From Bdellovibrionales bacterium (GTDB lineage: Bacteria; Bdellovibrionota; Bdellovibrionia; Bdellovibrionales; JAMPXM01): a DNA stretch of 40,413 nucleotides. The translations under genes and the position numbers were made by a program. Below, one piece after another: positions 18,443 to 27,494 of the stretch. Position 1 is the first letter of the stretch. Each line of letters starts with the position of its first letter. The notes beneath the pieces were generated by a model, which was not told where the DNA came from, ran no database searches, and saw nothing but the letters and a program-made list of their open reading frames with translations. The DNA lies in contig JAYVXN010000303.1 of the NCBI GenBank assembly GCA_043785085.1, forward strand, positions 1 to 40,413. Direction: 5' to 3'.

Positions 18443-18587
18443 ACAGAGGCGATCGCAATCGATCAAAGGAAGTCGATCCCGAAACAGGCCAGTCCTGCGT
18501 CTCGTCTCCCAAAGCGACCCGCGCGAAGGACTAGATTGCCCACCCCCCATCTGGCGAAAGGCCCCCTGGCTTGATATTCTAAGAACA

Positions 18588-19052
18588 ATGCGTCTGCTAT
18601 TTTTATTTCTCGGACTTACATTTTGTTCACTTAATTTATGGGCCGATCCGGTCTGCGTGACCGCGCCCAAATCAGTTCTTCGCGATGGTCCGGGACAGCA
18701 ATTTCGAGCCAGCTGGACAGTCGGACAAAACATGCCGTTTATGAAAATAAGTCAGTGGGGCAATTGGCTTCAGGTTGAAGATTTAGATGGTGAAAAGCAT
18801 TGGATCGCGGCCAATCACGTCGCCTATGGTGGTCAATGTGTTGTGGTAAAAACGAAACAAGCAGTCCTGCGCCAAGGGCCGGGCCAAAAGTTCCTTTCGA
18901 CTGAATTTGGTCAGGCTGAAAAATACATGGCCTTTAAGAAAATCAATCGAGAGGCTGAGTGGATTCAGGTCGAAGACGACTACCATATGAAATATTGGAT
19001 GAATGAAAAGAGTCTTTGGCTGCCGATCAAAACCACCCGGCTTGAATTTTGA
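18588..19052 (+). CDS. secreted protein with two bacterial SH3-like repeats
   Basis: Signal peptide MRLLFLFLGLTFCSLNLWA. Two internally similar modules follow: VLRDGPGQQF...W(L)QVEDLDGEKHWI and VLRQGPGQKF...WIQVEDDYHMKYWM. Confidence 0.7.
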   Translation: MRLLFLFLGLTFCSLNLWADPVCVTAPKSVLRDGPGQQFRASWTVGQNMPFMKISQWGNWLQVEDLDGEKHWIAANHVAYGGQCVVVKTKQAVLRQGPGQKFLSTEFGQAEKYMAFKKINREAEWIQVEDDYHMKYWMNEKSLWLPIKTTRLEF

Positions 19053-19339
19053 CGCCCTCAGCTGAATTCTCTTAACGAGGCAGGAAACCCCATTTCCAAG
19101 CGGGTGTCCGGCCATTTCACAGTTTGTAAGATTTAAATTTTCTAGCCTTTAAGACTGTTCTTAAATCTCATTTTTAGATTTGGTTTGATTCTGATACTAG
19201 CCTTTAATCATGCATTTACGCAGTGTAAGAGAATTTAAGATTTTCTGCTTGCTTGCCACTTAAGCCTATGTCTAAATATACCAGTTCCAATTTGGCACTG
19301 CGTAATATTTTATCTGCAGCATTGAGGGGGAGAATTATT

Positions 19340-19708
19340 ATGGGATCCGTCATGAAACAGCTTCTGGATGAGTGTAAACGAAGATTATTAGAGTCCAAGG
19401 CTGAAATCCTCAATAGGGTTAAGGATATGCGGGGCAATCTGCATATGGAAGACAAGGGTGGAGACGAAGCTGACCAAACGATGCGAATCTTGGCTGAGAG
19501 TGAAACCCTGTCCCTGCATGAACGCCTCCGTTCACAGTTGCTGGAAATAGAACTGGCGCTAGCGCGAATTGAAAATGGCACCTACGGTATCTGCGAAGAA
19601 ACCGAAGAGCAGATTGAGCCTGAAAGGCTGCGTGCAATTCCTTGGACTCGCCTCAGTATTGAAGGCGCTGAAATTCGCGAAAGCATGAAGCGCCGTTACG
19701 CGCGCTAA
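19340..19708 (+). CDS. DksA/TraR-family protein lacking the C4 zinc finger
   Basis: The ATG at 19340 follows GAGGGGGAG. The 122 aa product has a coiled-coil N-terminal half with acidic residues (GGDEADQ) and ALARIENGTYGICEETEEQIEPERLRAIPWTRLSIEGAE. Only one of the four canonical Cys positions is retained. Confidence 0.7.
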   Translation: MGSVMKQLLDECKRRLLESKAEILNRVKDMRGNLHMEDKGGDEADQTMRILAESETLSLHERLRSQLLEIELALARIENGTYGICEETEEQIEPERLRAIPWTRLSIEGAEIRESMKRRYAR

Positions 19709-19739
19709 TTTTTTGCAGTGGTTTTTTAATTAAAACTGC

Positions 19740-20174
19740 TCAAGAAATGAGTTCAGACTCAGAAATCATTTGTTCGTTCAGGGCCGCTTGAATTTCATCG
19801 GCCGATCGCACACGCCCTTTGCCGACGCCGGGGCAAAAATCTGCCACTTCTTTTTTCCAAGCCTTTGCTGACATGACTTCTGGCCAAAAGGGCCAAGTTC
19901 GACACTGCGTCGGCCGACCCTCGTAAACGGAGCATTTCTTCTCTTTTAAAAAAATACAATTGGCTGAGCCTTTGTCGTCGAGGTGAAACAAGCCTTCGTC
20001 GTTTTTGCAGTATTTAATCGTAAACTCACGTGTGGTCAGGCGCAAATGTTTGGCCATGCGCTGCCGATCCTCGAGAGTCAGATAAACGAGGCCGAATTCG
20101 CCGTGCGAAACGCAGCATTTTCCAGATCCTTGGCATTCAAAGCGAATGCCATCTTTCCACCAAGGTTCAGCCAT
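19740..20174 (-). CDS. YkgJ-family (UPF0153) cysteine-cluster protein
   Basis: 144 aa ORF with CQGSGKCCV plus downstream Cys residues (CIFL, KCSVY, QCRTWPFWP). Confidence 0.75.
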   Translation of the reverse strand: MAEPWWKDGIRFECQGSGKCCVSHGEFGLVYLTLEDRQRMAKHLRLTTREFTIKYCKNDEGLFHLDDKGSANCIFLKEKKCSVYEGRPTQCRTWPFWPEVMSAKAWKKEVADFCPGVGKGRVRSADEIQAALNEQMISESELIS

Positions 20175-21196
20175 TAGCGCAATCCGTTCGTGAGCATGGT
20201 CCAGCCGCAGAGTTTAAATAAAATTCGGGCTCCGACGTTACCATCCCACTCCGTGCCTTCAGCTTGCGCGACTTCGCAGAGATCAAAGCCGATGATTTGT
20301 TTGCCGGCTTCATGAAGAGTAGCAAAAAGTGTCAAAGCTTGGTCAAAACTCAGGCCTCCTGGTACCGGCGTTCCAGTATTCGGGCAAAGATCTGGCATCA
20401 AGCCGTCGATATCAAATGAGATGTAAACTTTGTGCGGCAAAAGCGCGACCATTTCATTGCAGATTTTCTGCCAGGATTCGCCGTTATTGAGCCGCCGTTT
20501 CACCAATGGATCAAAGAAAGTGTGAATGGCGCCATGCTTTTGAATGTAGTCATATTCCCCAGGAGAGAAATCGCGAATGCCAACTTGGACGAGAGCCTTT
20601 GGGCGAAAATCGCTTTCCATCACATTGTACATAATAGAGGCATGTGAATGTTTGAACCCTTGATAGGCGGTGCGTAGGTCGGCATGAGCATCAATATGCA
20701 AAATTCCGTAATCAGCCCCGTGCTTTTCGCTAATCGCTTGGATGGCACATAAGGGGGCAGAATGATCGCCGCCTATAACGCCGACGATTTTGCCTGAATT
20801 TAATAAGTCACGAGTGTGCATGTACACCCATTCGTTCACTTGCAATGACGCTTTATTGACTTCATTGAGCCCAGTGGAGTCAGTTTGGCCTTCTTCAAGG
20901 GCGGCGACTACGCGCTGAGCGACCTTTTTCATCTGATCATTCAGATTCAGAATCTCACCTGGAATTTTTTCCAAAAAATAGCCGTTTTCGTAAGCTGTAA
21001 AAGTCTCAATATCGAAAAGATCGACTTGATGGCTGGCGTGCAAAATGGCTTCAGGGCCACGCGAAGTGCCGTCGCCGTATGAAGTGGTGACCTCCCAGGG
21101 CACAGGTAAAAGGCAAAGTTTGGCATTTTCGCGTTGAAAGGGCAGGCCGAAAATTCCTGACCCTTCCGCGGCCGTGTTATTCGGATTGAAACTCAT
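20174..21196 (-). CDS. agmatinase / ureohydrolase family protein
   Basis: Arginase-fold metal motifs GGDHS, HIDAHADLR and SFDIDGL. 340 aa. The substrate is not determinable from sequence; agmatine is plausible because speA is nearby. Confidence 0.8.
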   Translation of the reverse strand: MSFNPNNTAAEGSGIFGLPFQRENAKLCLLPVPWEVTTSYGDGTSRGPEAILHASHQVDLFDIETFTAYENGYFLEKIPGEILNLNDQMKKVAQRVVAALEEGQTDSTGLNEVNKASLQVNEWVYMHTRDLLNSGKIVGVIGGDHSAPLCAIQAISEKHGADYGILHIDAHADLRTAYQGFKHSHASIMYNVMESDFRPKALVQVGIRDFSPGEYDYIQKHGAIHTFFDPLVKRRLNNGESWQKICNEMVALLPHKVYISFDIDGLMPDLCPNTGTPVPGGLSFDQALTLFATLHEAGKQIIGFDLCEVAQAEGTEWDGNVGARILFKLCGWTMLTNGLR

Positions 21197-21388
21197 CTGG
21201 TCTCCCTAAAAAGTGCGGCGATAAACTTCGTCATATCGTAGAGCCGCCGCTTGCGCAAGGCATTATCAGGAAGCCGAATGACCGCCTGTTAAACGCTTGA
21301 TTCTCTGAGCCGCTTGCCGCAAATTAAGGGGCTTCACGATTGTGCGACGTGACCTGCGAAAAAAATCGGGCATTAAAAGGGGATCTGC

Positions 21389-23062
21389 ATGTTTTCGAAT
21401 TCATTAAAGCTCGCAGCGGCGAGTGTTCTTATCATGACGTCATTGGCGGCGACAGCGGCGAGCAAAAAAGCCAACGCTAAAAAAACCGATATCGTGGTGA
21501 AGTCCCTGGGTAGTCCGAATGCCAAACGAGGCGAGACGTTTTTTGTCAATATCGGCGGCGAGCCCACAACTTTGAACCCGATCACCAGCACCGATCTTTA
21601 TTCACGAAACGTGCAAGCCTATATTATGGACGGCTTGATGGAGCGCAATCAGGAAACCTACGAATGGCAACCTGAACTCGCCGAGCGCTATGAGATTTCT
21701 CCGGACGGCAAAGTGTTCACGTTTTACCTTCGCAAAGGGTTGATGTTCTCTGATGGTCACCCTTTGACTTCAGAAGATGTGAAGTTCAGCTTTGATGTCA
21801 TCTTCGATCCGAAATTTCCGACGGCGTCTTTACGGCCCTATTTTGAAGGCATTGAAAAAGTCGAAGCCGTTGATCCGCTTACGGTTAAGTTCTACACCAA
21901 GACCAAGTACTTTGGAAATTTCGAAACCGCTGCCGGAATCACCGTGGTTCCGAAGCATATTTACGGTGACCCAAGTGGTGCCAAAAAGAATAAAGATATC
22001 GTTGGCTCGGGTCCGTATAAAATCGAGAAGTACAATCAAGGCGAAAACATCATTCTCACTCGCAATGACAAATACTTCGGCAAAGACCTTGAGCAATACA
22101 AGGGCCGCTACAATTTCGATAAAATCTTCATGCGCTTCATTAAAGAAGAAGATCCGGCGATTGAACGCTTGAAAAAAGGTGAGTTGGATTACGATAGTTT
22201 GTCTCCTGAAGCATTCGTGAAGAAGACTCAAGGCGAGCCCTTCGGCACGAAAGTGATCAAAGAGCAGGTCGAGAATAAAACACCAAAAGGCTTCGGTTTC
22301 ATCGGCTGGAACTTCAAGCGTCCTATGTTTCAAGATCAAAAAGTCCGCATCGCACTCGCGCATTTGCTGAATCGGGATGAGATCAATAAGAAGTTTCGTT
22401 TCGGTATGTCACTGAAGGCGACAGGCCCTTGGTATCAGCAGAGCGAATATGCTGACCCGAAAGTAAAGCCGATCAACTATGATCCGAAAAAAGCCCAAGA
22501 ACTTCTCAAACAAGCGGGCTGGACTGATTCTGAGAAAAAAGGCGTTTTGGATAAAGTCGTCGACGGCAAGAAAACTCCCTTTGAATTCACATTGGCTTAT
22601 GCCAACAAAGATAACGAGAAGTACTACACGCTTTATCAAAACGACTTAGCCAAAGTCGGCATCAAAATGAACTTGAAGTATTTTGAGTGGAACGCCTTCA
22701 TTAAAATGCTTGATGATCAAAACTTCGATGCAATCACTCTTGGTTGGGGTGGTGGCTCGGTGGATCTCGATCCCAAACAAATCTGGCACTCGGCCAGCGC
22801 TGAAAAAGGCGGCTCAAATTTCATCAGCTATAAAAATCCAGAGGTGGATAAGCTGATCGATCAGGCCCGCGAAGAAATGGATAAAAAGAAGCGCATTCCA
22901 ATGCTTCGTAAAGTCTATAGCACCATTGCCGAAGATGCTCCGTATGTCTTCATGTTCAATGAAAAATACGTGCTTTATGCGCACAGTAAGCGCATTAAAC
23001 AGGTGAAGCCGACATTCAATTACTCAATCGGCACCGAATACTGGTGGATCGAAAACCAGTAG
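21389..23062 (+). CDS. ABC transporter substrate-binding protein, family 5 (peptide/oligopeptide type)
   Basis: 557 aa ORF with a signal peptide (AAASVLIMTSLAATAA) and the overall SBP_bac_5 pattern (LMERNQETYEWQPELAERYEISPDGKVFTFYLRKGLMFSDG). Confidence 0.85.
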   Translation: MFSNSLKLAAASVLIMTSLAATAASKKANAKKTDIVVKSLGSPNAKRGETFFVNIGGEPTTLNPITSTDLYSRNVQAYIMDGLMERNQETYEWQPELAERYEISPDGKVFTFYLRKGLMFSDGHPLTSEDVKFSFDVIFDPKFPTASLRPYFEGIEKVEAVDPLTVKFYTKTKYFGNFETAAGITVVPKHIYGDPSGAKKNKDIVGSGPYKIEKYNQGENIILTRNDKYFGKDLEQYKGRYNFDKIFMRFIKEEDPAIERLKKGELDYDSLSPEAFVKKTQGEPFGTKVIKEQVENKTPKGFGFIGWNFKRPMFQDQKVRIALAHLLNRDEINKKFRFGMSLKATGPWYQQSEYADPKVKPINYDPKKAQELLKQAGWTDSEKKGVLDKVVDGKKTPFEFTLAYANKDNEKYYTLYQNDLAKVGIKMNLKYFEWNAFIKMLDDQNFDAITLGWGGGSVDLDPKQIWHSASAEKGGSNFISYKNPEVDKLIDQAREEMDKKKRIPMLRKVYSTIAEDAPYVFMFNEKYVLYAHSKRIKQVKPTFNYSIGTEYWWIENQ

Positions 23063-23073
23063 GCAGGACAGCG

Positions 23074-24108
23074 ATGGCGACTTATATCCTCAGGCGACTC
23101 TTGTTGATTATCCCGACGCTGTTCGGGATTACACTGGTGTGCTTTGTCATTATCAATCTCGCTCCCGGCGGACCCATTGAACAGCGGCTGCAACAGCTGC
23201 GCTTTGGTGGTGCGATGGCTGGTTCAACAGGAGCTTCTGGTGGCATTAGCACGCGTGGTGATACGGGCGTTCCATCGGAGGTGATTGAAGCCTTAAAAAA
23301 ACAGTATGGCTTTGATAAACCGCTAGTCGTTCGCTATGGCATTTGGCTGAAGAATATTGTGACTCTAAATTTTGGCGAAAGCTTCAAGTATGAGGAGCCC
23401 GTCGTTGATCTGATTTCAAGTAAATTTCCAGTTTCTTTGATGTTCGGTCTCACGTCTCTGGTTCTCGTGTATTTGATTTCAATTCCGATTGGTGTTTATC
23501 AAGCTGTGCGCAACGGTGATACGTTTGATATTCTCAGCGGGGTCACGCTCTTTGTTTTGTATGCTGTCCCTCCTTTGATTCTCGGAATTTTGCTACTCGT
23601 CTTTGTCGCCGGAAAGTTAAATTGGTTTCCGCTTGGTGGCATCCATAGCGACAATTATGATTCGCTCACCTCCTGGCAGAAAATACTCGATACGGCCCAT
23701 CACTTCGTTCTGCCGTTGATTTGTTATATGATCAATAGCTTCACCGGATTGACGGTTTTGATGAAGGGCACGATGCTCGACGTGATTAAACTCGATTATA
23801 TCCGCACAGCCCGAGCGAAAGGTTTGCCCGAACGAACGGTTTACCTGAAACATGCTTTGCGAAATGCTCTGATTCCAATTATCACGGGTATGAGCGGCAT
23901 TCTTACGGTTTTCTTTGCGGGCTCGATCATTATTGAAAGTATTTTTTCAATCGATGGCATGGGACTTTTGCAATACACGGCACTTTTGTCGCGTGATTAC
24001 AATGTTCTGATGGCCTTGATACTGTTTCAAAGTGCCTTGTTCTTGCTCGGACGCCTATTGACCGATTTGCTCTATGTTGCCGTTGATCCAAGGATTGATT
24101 TCGCATGA
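23074..24108 (+). CDS. ABC transporter permease (DppB/OppB/YejB-like)
   Basis: The ATG at 23074 gives MATYILRRLLLIIPTLFGITLVCFVI. The EAA-type loop is DYIRTARAKGLPERTVYLKHALRNA. The track start at 23044 overlaps the upstream gene. Confidence 0.85.
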   Translation: MATYILRRLLLIIPTLFGITLVCFVIINLAPGGPIEQRLQQLRFGGAMAGSTGASGGISTRGDTGVPSEVIEALKKQYGFDKPLVVRYGIWLKNIVTLNFGESFKYEEPVVDLISSKFPVSLMFGLTSLVLVYLISIPIGVYQAVRNGDTFDILSGVTLFVLYAVPPLILGILLLVFVAGKLNWFPLGGIHSDNYDSLTSWQKILDTAHHFVLPLICYMINSFTGLTVLMKGTMLDVIKLDYIRTARAKGLPERTVYLKHALRNALIPIITGMSGILTVFFAGSIIIESIFSIDGMGLLQYTALLSRDYNVLMALILFQSALFLLGRLLTDLLYVAVDPRIDFA

Positions 24109-25124
24109 TCAAACGGTTCATCAAAAACGAATTATCGCTCAAACGTTACCGCAGCTTTGTCAGCCATCGCCGCGCTGTTGTTTCATTTTGGATTCTGGTT
24201 ATCTTAACTTTGATGAGTGCAGGCGGAGAGTTCATCGCCAATAGCAAACCCATCTTGCTGAAATTTCATGGCTCGTACTACACGCCGGTTTTAAACTACT
24301 ACCATCCGTCAGTATTTGGCAGCTCCGAAGGTGCCGTGACGGATTTCCGGAAGCTCGAACTCGGTGCGAATGATTGGGCTCTGTGGCCGCCGTCGCGATT
24401 CGATCCATTTGAATCCGATGCTGATCAGCCTGAGGCCTTGAATGCCCCTTCGCATGCGCATTGGATGGGCACAGACGATGGCGGGCGCGATGTATTTGCG
24501 CGCTTACTATATGGTTATCGCTACTCGATGGGCTATGCTGTCAGCACTTGGATTTTTGCTTCGATTATCGGCGTCGTCATGGGTGCGATTATGGGATTTT
24601 TCGGCGGCTGGGTCGATTTGCTCTCACAACGTTGGATTGAAGTGTGGGAGTCTTTGCCGGTTTTCTTGCTTTTGATGATCATGCGCCAATCATTTAATGC
24701 TGGTTTAGTGCTGCTCGTTCTTTTGTCGGCGATTTTTGGTTGGACGACGACGGCAGCCTATACGCGTGCGGAATTTTTGAAACTCCGCCGTCGTGAGTTC
24801 GTTGAAGCGGCGCGAGCTCTGGGTGCTAATAAACGTAAAATTATTTTTAATCATCTGCTACCGAACTCGCTGACTCCGTTTATTATGACTTCGTCGTTTG
24901 TGGTTTCTGGCTATATTGTGGGGCTGGCGAATCTTGATTACTTAGGCTTCGGACTGCAAGCGCCGACGCCGAGTTGGGGTGAGCTTTTGAACCAAGCACA
25001 GAAGAATTTTCAGATGGCGTGGTGGCTGGCGCTGTTTCCGTCTCTGGCATTGTTTGTGGTTCTAATCTGCATGAACTACGTCGGTGAAGGTGTGCGCGAA
25101 GCTTTGGATCCGCGCAAATCTTAG
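24105..25124 (+). CDS. ABC transporter permease (DppC/OppC/YejE-like)
   Basis: 339 aa ORF joined to the upstream permease by an ATGA overlap. It carries HWMGTDDGGRDVFARLLYG and EFVEAARALGANKRKIIFNHLLPN. Confidence 0.85.
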   Translation: MIKRFIKNELSLKRYRSFVSHRRAVVSFWILVILTLMSAGGEFIANSKPILLKFHGSYYTPVLNYYHPSVFGSSEGAVTDFRKLELGANDWALWPPSRFDPFESDADQPEALNAPSHAHWMGTDDGGRDVFARLLYGYRYSMGYAVSTWIFASIIGVVMGAIMGFFGGWVDLLSQRWIEVWESLPVFLLLMIMRQSFNAGLVLLVLLSAIFGWTTTAAYTRAEFLKLRRREFVEAARALGANKRKIIFNHLLPNSLTPFIMTSSFVVSGYIVGLANLDYLGFGLQAPTPSWGELLNQAQKNFQMAWWLALFPSLALFVVLICMNYVGEGVREALDPRKS

Positions 25125-25133
25125 CCGACTCCT

Positions 25134-25413
25134 TCAATACCCGAAAATCGCTGCGGTCGCCGCATTTTGCTGGTAGCGGCCATGGTCGATGACGAAAGTT
25201 TGCGAGTAAATTCGATTTTTGATTGACGCCACCCACGATCAAGACCCGATAACCGAGCTGTTCGTAGGTGCGTTTCGCGTGCCGTTCGAGGGCAGTCATC
25301 GAGTCTTCCAGTGTGTCAAAGTCACCGCCTGAAACCAGAACAGCAACCTTTTCTTGAGCCGAGCTCGAGAGCGCGAAAAATAGAATGAAGAGAACGCAAA
25401 ACCCTTTGGGTAT
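25134..25413 (-). pseudogene. possible decayed small secreted-protein gene (start codon lost, one frameshift)
   Basis: The minus strand reads (ATA)PKGFCVLFILFFALSSSAQEKVAVLVSGGDFDTLEDSMTALERHAKRTYEQLGYRVLIVGGVNQK. After a 1 nt shift at an A5 run it continues RIYSQTFVIDHGRYQQNAATAAIFGY and stops at 25134-25136. There is no ATG/GTG/TTG in front of the signal-peptide-like segment. Confidence 0.25.
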
Positions 25414-25440
25414 TGCTTAAAGTTTATCGGTGAGCGGCAA

Positions 25441-25458
25441 GGGCTACAGGGGTAGCCC
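25441..25458 (-). terminator. candidate stem-loop terminator downstream of speA
   Basis: GGGCTAC-AGGG-GTAGCCC forms a perfect 7 bp stem starting 17 nt after the speA stop. There is no clear U-tract, so the call is weak. Confidence 0.3.
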
Positions 25459-25475
25459 GACGTCGGTCTTGTCGA

Positions 25476-27485
25476 TTATTCTGGATCTTCGAGGTAAGTG
25501 TAGCCCGAAAGGCCTTCTTCGTAATGACGAAGCAGAAGGCGAGCCTCGTTTTTCGAGATCGTTCCGCGCATGATGCTCTCTTCGCTGGCTTTTCGGATTG
25601 ATTCGATTAGCTCAGGGCGCTGGTACTGCACATAGCTCAGGACCTCAGTCACCGTATCACCTTCCACCACGTGATCGACCGTGTAGCCGGCGTTGGTGAC
25701 GGTGATATGCACGGCATCGGTGTCACCAAAGAGATTGTGTAAATCACCGAGAATCTCTTGGTAAGCGCCGACCAGGAACACACCCATGTAATAATCATCG
25801 GTGTAGTTGAGCTCATGCACTTCAAGTGCGGTCTTTTTCACTTTGTTTGACTGGCTGGCATTCACATCAATGAACTGACCAATTTTTCCGTCGGAGTCAC
25901 AGGTCAAATCCACCAACACGGCTTTTCGAGCGGGCTCTTCAGTTAAGCGATGAATCGGCAAAACTGGAAACAGCTGACCAACTGCCCACGAGTCTGGCAT
26001 TGATTGGAACACTGAGAAGTTGCAAAAGTAGGTGTCAGACAGAAGTTCTTGCAGCGACTTAGCTAAATCTTCGAGGTCGGCGACGTTTCGAGCGATCACA
26101 CTCATGCGAGTCACGATCACCCAAAACAGATTCTCAGCTTTTGCACGTTGTGGCAGGCTTAAAACGCCAAAGGTGAAAAGCTGCAGAATGGTTTCTTTGA
26201 TGTGCATGATATCGTGGTAATACTCGAGAATATTGTTCTCATTCAAAAGTTGAGCAATTTCAGCCAGGTCATGAATGATCCGGTGATCTTCTTTGATCGT
26301 CGGATGAGTGATTTCTTTTTTCATCACTTCGTTCACGCCCAAGACGTTGAAAATCAGAACTGAGTGATGGGCCACGAGAGCGCGGCCTGCTTCCGTGACG
26401 ATATCGGGATGCGTAACACCACGCTCATCACAAACGCTTTGTACGATTGAAACGACGTCGTTGGCGTATTCCTGTTCGGAATAGTTTGTAGAGCTGTCAC
26501 TTTGTCCTGAACCATCGTAATCCACACCCAAACCACCACCGACATCGATGTACTTCAGGCGTGCGCCCATTTGGTAGAGTTCAGTGTAAAAGCGCGTACC
26601 TTCTTTCAAAGAGCCCTTCACACATGAAATGGACGGAATTTGCGAACCGATGTGAAAATGCAGAAGCTCAACTGACTCCAGCATGTTTTCACGTTTGAGA
26701 ATTTCCACGCACTCAACGATTTCCATCGGAGTCAGGCCGAATTTTGAACGATCACCTGAGGAATCAACCCAGCGGCCTGCACCTTTGGTGTGAAGCTTGG
26801 CGCGAAAACCGATTTTCGGCTGAGTATTGAATTTTTTCGAAGCTTCAATAATCATACTGAGCTCAACCATTCGATCAACGACGATGATGGTGTTGCGGCC
26901 CAGTTTTTGCGACAGGATCGCTGTCTCGATGTATTCCGTATCCTTAAAGCCATTGCAGATGATCAACGCGTTCGGCGTGTGCATCATGGCTAAAACCACA
27001 AGTAGCTCAGGTTTAGAGCCGCACTCAAGGCCGAGGCGGTTGAACTGGCCGAATTTCACCAATTCTTCGACAAGGTGCCGTTGTTGGTTCACCTTAATCG
27101 GGTAAACGCCGCGGTAGTTGCCTTTGTAATTGCACTCATCAATGGCTTTGCCGAAGCAACGGCTTAAGAGTTCGATGCGCGATTTAGTAATATCAGGAAA
27201 GCGAATCAGCATCGGTACACGAATGCCGCGCTCTTTTAAATCAAGAGCGAGTTCGAGGAGATCAATTTGTGGGCCTTTCGGGCCTTGCGGGGTCACAGAA
27301 ACGTGGCCAAGGGCATTGACGTCGAAGTAGTTCGCACCCCAATGAGTGATGCCATAAAGCTCTTTGCTTTTTTCGATCGACCAATTGGGCGTGGTTTTGA
27401 CTCCATGTAAATCTGCCGGAGGGCGCGGATTGGTCAGGCTTTCATTTAAAACATTACCTTTAGCTTCGTTAACAGGTACTTCCAT
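25476..27485 (-). CDS. speA: biosynthetic arginine decarboxylase
   Basis: 669 aa ORF. WSIEKSKELYGITHWGANYFDVNALGHVSV..., YPIKVNQQ and IDVGGGLGVDYDG match SpeA along its whole length. Confidence 0.9.
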   Translation of the reverse strand: MEVPVNEAKGNVLNESLTNPRPPADLHGVKTTPNWSIEKSKELYGITHWGANYFDVNALGHVSVTPQGPKGPQIDLLELALDLKERGIRVPMLIRFPDITKSRIELLSRCFGKAIDECNYKGNYRGVYPIKVNQQRHLVEELVKFGQFNRLGLECGSKPELLVVLAMMHTPNALIICNGFKDTEYIETAILSQKLGRNTIIVVDRMVELSMIIEASKKFNTQPKIGFRAKLHTKGAGRWVDSSGDRSKFGLTPMEIVECVEILKRENMLESVELLHFHIGSQIPSISCVKGSLKEGTRFYTELYQMGARLKYIDVGGGLGVDYDGSGQSDSSTNYSEQEYANDVVSIVQSVCDERGVTHPDIVTEAGRALVAHHSVLIFNVLGVNEVMKKEITHPTIKEDHRIIHDLAEIAQLLNENNILEYYHDIMHIKETILQLFTFGVLSLPQRAKAENLFWVIVTRMSVIARNVADLEDLAKSLQELLSDTYFCNFSVFQSMPDSWAVGQLFPVLPIHRLTEEPARKAVLVDLTCDSDGKIGQFIDVNASQSNKVKKTALEVHELNYTDDYYMGVFLVGAYQEILGDLHNLFGDTDAVHITVTNAGYTVDHVVEGDTVTEVLSYVQYQRPELIESIRKASEESIMRGTISKNEARLLLRHYEEGLSGYTYLEDPE

Positions 27486-27494
27486 CCGCCTCGC

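Noticed and set aside
18251-18733. 160 aa minus-strand ORF (GASHGASH...) and 86 aa plus-strand ORF (RSAVRSAV...) across the fxsA-SH3 spacer
   Set aside because: Both are translations of the 12 bp tandem array. They are low-complexity and overlap real genes at both ends.
19293-19310. Sigma-54-like TGGCAC motif upstream of the DksA-like gene
   Set aside because: The required TTGC(A/T) element at the -12 spacing is absent (the sequence reads TGGCAC-TGCGT-AATAT).
19709-19739. Bidirectional terminator between the DksA-like and YkgJ genes (GCAGTGGTTTTTTAATTAAAACTGC)
   Set aside because: The stem is short and bulged (about 4+4 bp), so I do not consider it strong enough to annotate.
24883-25299. 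138 aa minus-strand ORF
   Set aside because: Its C-terminal 80 aa overlap the permease gene antisense. Only the first ~55 codons look protein-like, and these are better explained as part of a frameshifted gene remnant ending at 25134.
25190-25430. 9-mer matches to the element ends (CGAAAGTTT at about 25192, AAAGTTTAT at about 25419)
   Set aside because: These are isolated short matches with no hairpin partner and no internal homology. They are most likely chance.
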